From IMG/VR virus record IMGVR_UViG_3300030095_005897, positions 1 to 49,445 of that record: DNA of 49,445 bases, one strand, 5' to 3'. The position numbers and the translations under genes are program-made. The notes beneath the pieces are model-generated. The model made no database searches and was not told the origin of the DNA. It saw nothing but the letters and a program-made list of their open reading frames with translations. Below are positions 34,791 through 41,401 of this stretch, piece after piece. Every line of letters begins with the position of its first letter. Within the stretch, counting starts at the first letter, position 1. The DNA is from a virus. Lineage: Duplodnaviria > Caudoviricetes.

Positions 34791-35243
34791 ATGGGTATCG
34801 CTGAAGACTGGAGTGAACTTCTATTCTCTCTAGATTGCCTTTCTAAAGGCTCTGCTAAGCGCAAGTTCCGTAAATCAATTAAATATGGTTGGGGCGGATT
34901 GTGCTGTTACTGTCGCTCCGAAAGAGCAACAACACTAGATCACGTCAAACCAAAGTCAAAAGGGGGAAGTAGTTTAAGAAGCAATTTGCTTCCTGCCTGC
35001 CAGACATGTAATCACTCTAAAGGGTCAGAAAACTGGCTAACATGGTTTGAAAGGCAAACATTTTATAACAGTATTGCCAAAGAACTTATTGAAGAGTGGA
35101 TTTCAAACAAAAGATTTATCGAGGAGGAATTAGATGACCGCGAAACTATCAATAGAACAGAGGTTTGCTCTTACACGAGCCCGTTACGAAGTTTCGAGGA
35201 TGAGCCGTCCAGCCTTGGAAAGGACAGCCTTGCGCTTGCTTAA
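34791..35243 (+). CDS. HNH endonuclease with intact motifs
   Basis: CCYC, TLDHVKPKSKGG, NLLPACQTCNHSKG. Confidence 0.85.
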   Translation: MGIAEDWSELLFSLDCLSKGSAKRKFRKSIKYGWGGLCCYCRSERATTLDHVKPKSKGGSSLRSNLLPACQTCNHSKGSENWLTWFERQTFYNSIAKELIEEWISNKRFIEEELDDRETINRTEVCSYTSPLRSFEDEPSSLGKDSLALA

Positions 35244-35457
35244 AACACGAATGGAGCAAAAGAATGGTGTCCAAGAGACGTTAGCTGCAAACGGTATTAT
35301 TTTTAAAATCGACGAGCAGCAAGGCGGCTTGCCGGAGATCATTAGTGAAGAAACCTTCATGGATCTACTGACACTTACTGATGAGTTGCCTACAACAATC
35401 GATGAAGATGATTATGAAAACGACGACCTGGACGATGATGGCCTCATGATTATTTAA
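35134..35457 (+). CDS. nblA: NblA-like protein with acidic C-terminal extension (candidate)
   Basis: LSIEQRFALTRARYEVSRMSRPALERTALRL resembles NblA LSLEQQF.L......V..MSREQ; GAGGAGG upstream. Confidence 0.5.
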   Translation: MTAKLSIEQRFALTRARYEVSRMSRPALERTALRLLKTRMEQKNGVQETLAANGIIFKIDEQQGGLPEIISEETFMDLLTLTDELPTTIDEDDYENDDLDDDGLMII

Positions 35458-35492
35458 ATTTAGTTAGACTGACTTCAGTTATTTAGCTAAAC

Positions 35493-35729
35493 ATGGAATA
35501 TGTTGTAGGTCCTGTAATTGCTGCACTTATGAGCATTGCATTTACAGAAAAGAGATTGAGGATGATTGACAATAAAAATACGGTAAACGTAAAAAATCTG
35601 GAAGAACAGATTGAGGTTGTATCTAATCAAAGCGATAAATACAATCAAGAGTTGCCCTCGCAAGTTATGCGGACACTTCTGCCAGTTGCAAAAGAAGTCA
35701 CTAAGTTGAAACAGACAGTCGGCATATAA
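35493..35729 (+). CDS. small TM plus coiled-coil protein
   Basis: 78 aa, TAGACT 22 nt upstream. Confidence 0.6.
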   Translation: MEYVVGPVIAALMSIAFTEKRLRMIDNKNTVNVKNLEEQIEVVSNQSDKYNQELPSQVMRTLLPVAKEVTKLKQTVGI

Positions 35730-35753
35730 TAGATAAGTAGCCGTTAAGAAGAT

Positions 35754-36068
35754 GTGAGATCCGCAGGAATACGCAATAAACCCGTTGATCGCCGCTATTT
35801 AAGCGATCAAGATAAATCTGACTACAACAATAGTGGTGAATACAGCCGCGCAGCAACGGCTGTAAAGCGTGCTCGTGCGTATCGAGGCAACATGGCGTAT
35901 CAACGTAATCGTCCGCCTCGTACTGTTGAAAGGACGCCAGGTACAGGCGGTTTTGGTGTAGGTCTTGGTGCACAGATTGCTCGTAACCGAGAGATTGGTC
36001 AGACAAAACAAATGTTTGAAGAGCTTAGACCAGACCTTGAACAGCCGATGTACGATATCTATAAATAA
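35754..36068 (+). CDS. basic hypothetical protein
   Basis: 104-aa ORF with GTG start, ends at a bidirectional terminator. Confidence 0.55.
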   Translation: MRSAGIRNKPVDRRYLSDQDKSDYNNSGEYSRAATAVKRARAYRGNMAYQRNRPPRTVERTPGTGGFGVGLGAQIARNREIGQTKQMFEELRPDLEQPMYDIYK

Positions 36069-36072
36069 ACAG

Positions 36073-36098
36073 AAAAAAGCCCCCGTTAGGGGGCTTTT
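36073..36098. terminator. bidirectional rho-independent terminator
   Basis: AAAAAAGCCCCC-GTTA-GGGGGCTTTT between convergent genes. Confidence 0.88.
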
Positions 36099-36119
36099 GA
36101 GTGAGCCTGATCTAGTTTA

Positions 36120-36488
36120 TCAGAAACTATACTTCACGCCAACTTTGGTGCCATAGCCGTTATCAGCATCGCCGTCAACAGTAATGAAGGAGACTTCACC
36201 ATAGACGTTCAGAGATTCAGTCACGTTAAAGCCAGCACCGGCCTTACCAGAAAGCTCAGTTGTGGTATCAGCGCCATCAACAGCAACAATAGAAGGACCA
36301 GCTTGAACATAGTAAGAGCCACGCTCACCAACAGGACCTTCGTAACCGACATGGAAGTCAGTCACAGCAGATTGATAATCGGAACCGGCGAATCCACTGT
36401 TGGACTCGATGTTGGCGTAAGGACCAGCGATCGCAGGAGCAGCGAACAGAGAAACAGCTGCAGCGGCAGCAGAAATTTTAACAATCAT
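36120..36488 (-). CDS. small outer-membrane beta-barrel protein
   Basis: signal peptide ending PAIA, amphipathic strands, C-terminal VGVKYSF beta-signal. Confidence 0.75.
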   Translation of the reverse strand: MIVKISAAAAAVSLFAAPAIAGPYANIESNSGFAGSDYQSAVTDFHVGYEGPVGERGSYYVQAGPSIVAVDGADTTTELSGKAGAGFNVTESLNVYGEVSFITVDGDADNGYGTKVGVKYSF

Positions 36489-36555
36489 GATTAAAAAGAA
36501 TTAGATATCGAGCGACAGTACATATCGCACTTACAATTTTAATTGATAAAAAGAC

Positions 36556-36582
36556 AAAAAAAGACCTCCTAATAAGGAGGCC
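36556..36582 (-). terminator. rho-independent terminator after the YRG peptide gene
   Basis: minus strand GGCCTCCT-TATT-AGGAGGTC-TTTTTTT. Confidence 0.85.
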
Positions 36583-36599
36583 ATACAGTTATTTAATTG

Positions 36600-36770
36600 T
36601 CAGTTATAGCAGTACTTGATACCACGATAGGTGTAGCAACGACCAGTTTTGTCTTCTTTAGTCCAAGTCATGGTCTGAAGTTCGTTACTGATGTGATGCT
36701 GACGCTCTGCTTGACTGCGCAGCTCTTTTTTGCGGGCAGAAATTAAGCCCTGTACGGTTAGGTTAGACAT
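36600..36770 (-). CDS. 56-aa basic YRG-motif (DUF4278-like) peptide, not in the ORF track
   Basis: MSNLTVQGLISARKKELRSQAERQHHISNELQTMTWTKEDKTGRCYTYRGIKYCYN; own terminator and riboswitch leader. Confidence 0.8.
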   Translation of the reverse strand: MSNLTVQGLISARKKELRSQAERQHHISNELQTMTWTKEDKTGRCYTYRGIKYCYN

Positions 36771-36801
36771 AAGTTGTTCTCGATAAGTGTGAATGAATTC
36801 C

Positions 36802-36850
36802 CGTTGCTTCGCCCCTGCGGGTTACTTGCGACCTAGCTAAAGGTTCAACG
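36802..36850 (-). ncRNA. glutamine-I (glnA motif) riboswitch
   Basis: CGUUG-A-ACCU(UUAGCU)AGGU-CGCAAGUAA-CCC(GCA)GGG-GCGAAG-CAACG: P1 CGUUG/CAACG, P2, AGUA/GAA E-loop, P3. Confidence 0.85.
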
Positions 36851-36861
36851 CACTTACATAA

Positions 36862-36878
36862 AGTGTAGCTAATGTTAC
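36862..36878 (-). promoter_or_regulatory. NtcA box overlapping a -10 element
   Basis: GTA-ACATTAGC-TAC (GTA-N8-TAC, 36865-36878) sharing TAC with TACACT (36862-36867). Confidence 0.7.
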
Positions 36879-36894
36879 TAGTTCACGGCGAACA

Positions 36895-37074
36895 TTAACT
36901 ATCAAGTAATTGTAAATCTAACAAAGCTTTATGAAGTCCTAGCTGGATTTTTTTAAGCTCCTCTTGTTCTTTAGGATGACCACCTGGCCATTTTTCTACA
37001 TACTTATCAAATGCTTTACAGATGTAACGTAAGGCATTTTGATCGACTTCAAAGTTAAAGGTATAGCCAGACAT
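36895..37074 (-). CDS. 59-aa small protein with WPGG.P.EQ motif, not in the ORF track
   Basis: MSGYTFNFEVDQNALRYICKAFDKYVEKWPGGHPKEQEELKKIQLGLHKALLDLQLLDS, 12 nt after the polA stop. Confidence 0.65.
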   Translation of the reverse strand: MSGYTFNFEVDQNALRYICKAFDKYVEKWPGGHPKEQEELKKIQLGLHKALLDLQLLDS

Positions 37075-37086
37075 AATACTATCGTA

Positions 37087-38391
37087 TTAGTGTGTACTAG
37101 CCCAATTATTGCCATGATCAGCAGCTGCTGTAATTGGAACACGGAAGTTATAGTAATCGCCAGCTTTAGGAGCAGCAGCTTCTAATAGATGTTTGACGCG
37201 ATCAACTTCTGAAGGTATAACAGATAACTGCACTTCATCGTGCACATATGCACACCTTGTGTAGTCAGTGTCGTATGTAAGACCTGCTGCATCAAGCAAC
37301 TCTTGACCTATTACCACCCAACGCTTACTGATGATGGCACCTGCGGACTGTAAAAGATAATTGAGCGAGGCGTGTTCAGCAGTACAGAACACAGGCCTCC
37401 CATCAAGAGCCCTAAGACGACCACAACCTCTAACTCGTTCTTTAACTGCATTAATCAGTGGCTCCAAACCAGGAATAGCGTCAAGAAATTTACGGCGCAG
37501 CTCTTGACCTAGCTGCTTTTTCTGTGCATCAGAAAGTTCAGGATGGAAACTATGACCAAGTTTCTGATCACCAGCACCATATATAAACGCATACGTAAGG
37601 GTCTTGACCTCCTTACGCGTGCATCCTACGCGATCAGCGTTTTGTTGATGAATGTCTCCATTAAGTAAAACATCTGCATAAGCGCCATTATCAAACCGTG
37701 CGAGATAATGTCCAAGTGCCCTGAGCTCTAGCTGTTCAAGGTCTGCACCTACAAGAATGTGACCTTGATGAGGGACAAAGAGCTCCCGTGCCCATGGTGC
37801 GCTCACGACCTGTCCAAGATTCGGACCACGGTGCGCATTTCGTCCCGTTTGTGTCGCAAGTGTGCAGCTGTGGTGAATGCAACCGTCGCCCTCAATAGAG
37901 TTGAACCAAGAGTTGGTTCCCTCCGACAGTTGCCCTAACCACTTCTGCAATGTAAGAAGTCGAATAAACATCTCACATTCATCATGAAGTAATTGATTCC
38001 CTTGAGACAAAGCAGCGTCCCGCATCTCGCCAATAGTTGCTTCGTCAACCTTGGGCTTACCAGTGTTAGTAACCTTTGTAAAACGAGCACCGCGAAAAGT
38101 TTGAAGTGCCCATGCAATGTTTTGACGAGACGTTGGATTGAAGTCAATAAGTCTTGTCATTGGCGCACCTGCTACATAACCCTTCTTTTTATCAGCACGC
38201 TTAGGAGTAAAAACTTTACCGGGTACATACTTATAAACGGAAGTAATGCGTTGAGATAATGCGTCGAACTCTTCTTGAAGTTCTGAGCGAACGCGAATAG
38301 CAGCATCCATGTCAAAGCGAAAACCTGAAGCTTCTTGCTGAGACATGATTTCAGCTACTTGCATTTCTAGTTTGACGTAATCAGCAATCAT
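37087..38391 (-). CDS. polA: family A DNA polymerase, polymerase domain
   Basis: motif A VGADLEQLELR, motif B RKEVKTLTYAFIYG, motif C YVHDEVQ, TGR..H..PNLGQV. Confidence 0.92.
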   Translation of the reverse strand: MIADYVKLEMQVAEIMSQQEASGFRFDMDAAIRVRSELQEEFDALSQRITSVYKYVPGKVFTPKRADKKKGYVAGAPMTRLIDFNPTSRQNIAWALQTFRGARFTKVTNTGKPKVDEATIGEMRDAALSQGNQLLHDECEMFIRLLTLQKWLGQLSEGTNSWFNSIEGDGCIHHSCTLATQTGRNAHRGPNLGQVVSAPWARELFVPHQGHILVGADLEQLELRALGHYLARFDNGAYADVLLNGDIHQQNADRVGCTRKEVKTLTYAFIYGAGDQKLGHSFHPELSDAQKKQLGQELRRKFLDAIPGLEPLINAVKERVRGCGRLRALDGRPVFCTAEHASLNYLLQSAGAIISKRWVVIGQELLDAAGLTYDTDYTRCAYVHDEVQLSVIPSEVDRVKHLLEAAAPKAGDYYNFRVPITAAADHGNNWASTH

Positions 38392-38405
38392 TGTTGGTTA
38401 ATGGA

Positions 38406-38969
38406 TTATTCGTAAGTACTCATCCGACGCATGAGCATTTGATAAAGCTTGTATGTAACTTCAGTATCCTGAATACAGTAATCAAGCATTTCAGGCGTAT
38501 ATTCTTTCCAAGATTCTTTGTCTTCACCGAAGTCTCCTTTAAAGCACTGAAGACGATAACCCCAAGCTTTGAGGCTATGACGACCGTATAGACGCTGAGG
38601 CATTCCTTCTGGACGCCGCTCGTAGTCTCTATCCTCAATTTTTGGATAAAATAATCTACTCATGATAAGCGTATCAATAATTTCACCAGTAGGATTGAAG
38701 TCTGGATACTGCTCTTTAATCAAAGGAATGTCATAGCCAATAATGTTATGACCAATAAGCACATCTGCACGTTCAAGAGTTTTAATACCTTGAAGAATAG
38801 TGCGCTCAGGCAAATGGTCAAATACTTCGGGCTCAGCTGTATCGGCTACATTACGCACAACAATGCAATGCATCTTAGAACCACGTCTAAGTAAGCCGGT
38901 ACTTTCAATATCAAACAGAAGCTCAGTCTTCACCGAAGTTTTCGTCTGAGGTTTTTGGATCGTAGTCAT
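38406..38969 (-). CDS. stand-alone PolA 3'-5' exonuclease domain; start ATG 38969 or GTG 38933
   Basis: ExoI FDIEST, ExoII GHNIIGYD, HSLKAWGYRL, ExoIII YCIQD. Confidence 0.88.
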   Translation of the reverse strand: MTTIQKPQTKTSVKTELLFDIESTGLLRRGSKMHCIVVRNVADTAEPEVFDHLPERTILQGIKTLERADVLIGHNIIGYDIPLIKEQYPDFNPTGEIIDTLIMSRLFYPKIEDRDYERRPEGMPQRLYGRHSLKAWGYRLQCFKGDFGEDKESWKEYTPEMLDYCIQDTEVTYKLYQMLMRRMSTYE

Positions 38970-39474
38970 CTGGTTTAAATGGATTGGAGTCTGGATAGAG
39001 TTCTTCGTCGATTTCTTGGTCAAGTGCTTTGTTGACGGCAAATCTTGGATCTTCATTATCATGAAATGGTTCAATTGCAATAGATAGTTCGCGAGCTAAT
39101 CGACCAGCTCTACGGAATTCATATTTGTAATATGGCTCCCACTGATGAGCAGTGATGATTATTTTTTTAATGCCCATCACATGGCATTGAAAGATAGAAG
39201 CGGAAAAAGGATATCGAGTGGTATAGATAACAGCTCCAGCCATTGGAGTTCCACGTTTAGCAGCTGCAGCAATGGCATAACAGACACAATCGATTTCAAT
39301 GCCACTGCTTGTTAAAAGGCTGCGTCCATCTCCAAGTATTTCGCGATCGCGGACAACGATGCATCCTCCTGGTGCGGTCGGATGAGTAGAAGCAGCGCCA
39401 ACGGCTCTAGCTAAACTCATAAAATATTGTTCTTTATTTTTAATGTATGTAGGATCACCTTGTGGGCTAGACAT
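38923..39474 (-). CDS. dCMP deaminase-fold protein lacking HxE and PCxxC
   Basis: YFMSLARAVGAAS..GCIVVRD, AIAAAAKRG...GAVIYTT.YP, GIKKI scaffold with DCV and PFSAS at the catalytic positions. Confidence 0.7.
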   Translation of the reverse strand: MSSPQGDPTYIKNKEQYFMSLARAVGAASTHPTAPGGCIVVRDREILGDGRSLLTSSGIEIDCVCYAIAAAAKRGTPMAGAVIYTTRYPFSASIFQCHVMGIKKIIITAHQWEPYYKYEFRRAGRLARELSIAIEPFHDNEDPRFAVNKALDQEIDEELYPDSNPFKPDDYDPKTSDENFGED

Positions 39475-39510
39475 ATACACAATTAGAGGAATATATTCTT
39501 ATATTAGATA

Positions 39511-39924
39511 ATGAGTCAAATAGATGTGAGTCAAATGGATTACAAAAAGTTCTGCTATGAGTACGACAAATTCGATGAATACATGAAAAATTTTAGAGAA
39601 GAAAATCCTGAATTAACCACCGACTCTTCTTCTGAGAAACTGACTTTCAGCAAGTTAGAGCATAAGCACGATACAAACGATGCATGGTTGGAGCTAGGTA
39701 AAAAGAATGACATGATTCAAAACCCGGCTCATTACACCGGAGGGAAAACAGAAGCTATTGATATTATTGAAGATGCTATCTCTCATGCCTCAAGTGTAGA
39801 GTCTGGCTTTCTACAAGGTCAAGTTTTGAAATACATGTTGAGAATGTGGCTAAAAAACAATCCATTGGAAGATGCAAAGAAAGCACAGTGGTATCTAACA
39901 AGGTTGATTAAGCAAGTGCGATAA
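39511..39924 (+). CDS. DUF3310 family (T7 gp1.7-like nucleotide kinase) protein
   Basis: NPAHYTGGKTEAIDII...GQVLKY..R...K...EDAKKAQWYL. Confidence 0.8.
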   Translation: MSQIDVSQMDYKKFCYEYDKFDEYMKNFREENPELTTDSSSEKLTFSKLEHKHDTNDAWLELGKKNDMIQNPAHYTGGKTEAIDIIEDAISHASSVESGFLQGQVLKYMLRMWLKNNPLEDAKKAQWYLTRLIKQVR

Positions 39925-39933
39925 ACTAGAAGA

Positions 39934-39949
39934 GCGCTCGTTAGAGCGC
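39934..39949. terminator. short hairpin between convergent genes
   Basis: GCGCTC-GTTA-GAGCGC, no U-tract. Confidence 0.4.
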
Positions 39950-39951
39950 AA

Positions 39952-40359
39952 TTAGCAGCGTTTAAAGAATAAATATTGACTTCGTTGTTCTAAAGTCTCG
40001 TGATCTTGAATATGAGGCAAAAGCAGGTCATATACTTTATTCATATCTTGACTGAAGTGCTTGAAATAAACGGATATACCTGAGGATAATTCTGTAATTG
40101 TAGGTACGTACCAAGCTGCAGGAATAAAACAATCCCAAGGTTCAAGCTCAAGAGACACCCAACTGTTCAGTTCTTCTAAGCGCTGAGCAGTTTTTATTAT
40201 GTGTGCTTCTTGCGCTTGATCCTGAGGGATACTTAGTTTATTGTTATATAGTAAAGCATGTTTCCACATCAAAGTACCATCTTTATGAATCAAACGGCAA
40301 GGATGAACTAAAACGCCAGATGGTAAGTTGTATAAACATTGAGAGGCAATGTGTTTCAT
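39952..40359 (-). CDS. hypothetical protein resembling a degenerate peptidase M15
   Basis: LMWKHAL..IP....AHIIKTAQRLEEL..AAWYVP..LSSGISVYF aligns by eye to FTW.EA..IP....NI..LA..LE.V..SWYR..H..G.AVDF. Confidence 0.5.
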   Translation of the reverse strand: MKHIASQCLYNLPSGVLVHPCRLIHKDGTLMWKHALLYNNKLSIPQDQAQEAHIIKTAQRLEELNSWVSLELEPWDCFIPAAWYVPTITELSSGISVYFKHFSQDMNKVYDLLLPHIQDHETLEQRSQYLFFKRC

Positions 40360-40360
40360 A

Positions 40361-40996
40361 TTAAAGATCTCCTTTGCGATCTTCAAAGAAATCAAGATCC
40401 TTTGACCAATTGTCGCCAGCATATTCGTTATAAATAATTCTGCCAACATCTCTAAAGGTACTATAGAAAAGAGTCACTTTATCGATATCAGACATAGTTT
40501 GATCTAAAGGCGGCCCATAAAGTAAGACATTCCAAGAAGATGGGCAGACAGGTTCAAACCCTTTTGCTGTAGCACGCAGCTGCTTAATTCGTTTGAATGG
40601 AATACAAACAGGATAATCCCAGATAACAGGACAAGCCCGCATAATTTCTGAAGCACTGGTAAAGAAGACAAAACTTTTAATGTGATTATTGCGATACTCA
40701 TTGATTGTTTTGTTCAACCAAACTCGTGTATTACGTACAGCTCCTTTAGGCGAAACCCATACATTACCGTGCCAAGTTTCAGTCAAAGGGTTGACATTAA
40801 TTGCTGGTACAGAGGTAGCATCAACAAGAACTTGTTGAACAGGATCGGAAGTAGGATCAAAATCAATTGATCCCATTACGTTACGAGCACGTTCAATAAG
40901 CTGAGGAGTTGGATATAGAGGAAGTTTAAGTCCTTGTGCCTGGAGCTTATCCGCTAAATTCTGCTGCGATCGTTCGGAGGCTTTCCTGGCTCCCAC
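40361..40996 (-). CDS. phage Dam-like N6-adenine methyltransferase fold with SPKG instead of NPPY
   Basis: PQLIERARNVMGSIDFDPTS, WHGNVWVSPKG, WLNK...EY, VCIPFKRIK. Confidence 0.65.
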   Translation of the reverse strand: MGARKASERSQQNLADKLQAQGLKLPLYPTPQLIERARNVMGSIDFDPTSDPVQQVLVDATSVPAINVNPLTETWHGNVWVSPKGAVRNTRVWLNKTINEYRNNHIKSFVFFTSASEIMRACPVIWDYPVCIPFKRIKQLRATAKGFEPVCPSSWNVLLYGPPLDQTMSDIDKVTLFYSTFRDVGRIIYNEYAGDNWSKDLDFFEDRKGDL

Positions 40997-41369
40997 CTGC
41001 TTCCACGCTAAATGTTCTTGTTCCAGCATCACTGATCAATGTAATAAGTACGTTTTTAGACCAGTCATTCTCGTCAACTTCTTGAATGAGTTTACGTAAG
41101 AACTTAATAACATCGTCATCGTTAGCATTTTCAGCTTCGATGATATCCCTCTCAATATCAACACCACTCATAAAAGTGGTGGAATCATTTTGAAGATTGA
41201 TAATTAAACTCCCTGCGCCATAAGTCAAAACGCCATTACTTGCAATGTTAATAAAATCAGTGAGGATAAGTTCAGCGGTAGCAGCAAGAAACTTCTGCTC
41301 TTGCTCCTTTTCGTCTCCAAACTTATCTGATTGGATTAATTGTTGGAGTAAATCAGTACGACGTGACAT
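40947..41369 (-). CDS. hypothetical protein
   Basis: 140-aa ORF co-directional with neighbours. Confidence 0.6.
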   Translation of the reverse strand: MSRRTDLLQQLIQSDKFGDEKEQEQKFLAATAELILTDFINIASNGVLTYGAGSLIINLQNDSTTFMSGVDIERDIIEAENANDDDVIKFLRKLIQEVDENDWSKNVLITLISDAGTRTFSVEAGGSQESLRTIAAEFSG

Positions 41370-41401
41370 AATAGAATGACTCTTGTATAAGGATAAGTAA
41401 T

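Noticed and set aside
38389-38408. Programmed frameshift or intron joining the PolA halves
   Set aside because: No slippery heptamer or room for an intron in the 14-nt spacer, and a well-placed ATG opens the second ORF
38970-39080. Long N-terminal extension of the exonuclease given by the ORF track
   Set aside because: Lies wholly within the deaminase-like gene; ExoI begins right after the downstream ATG/GTG starts
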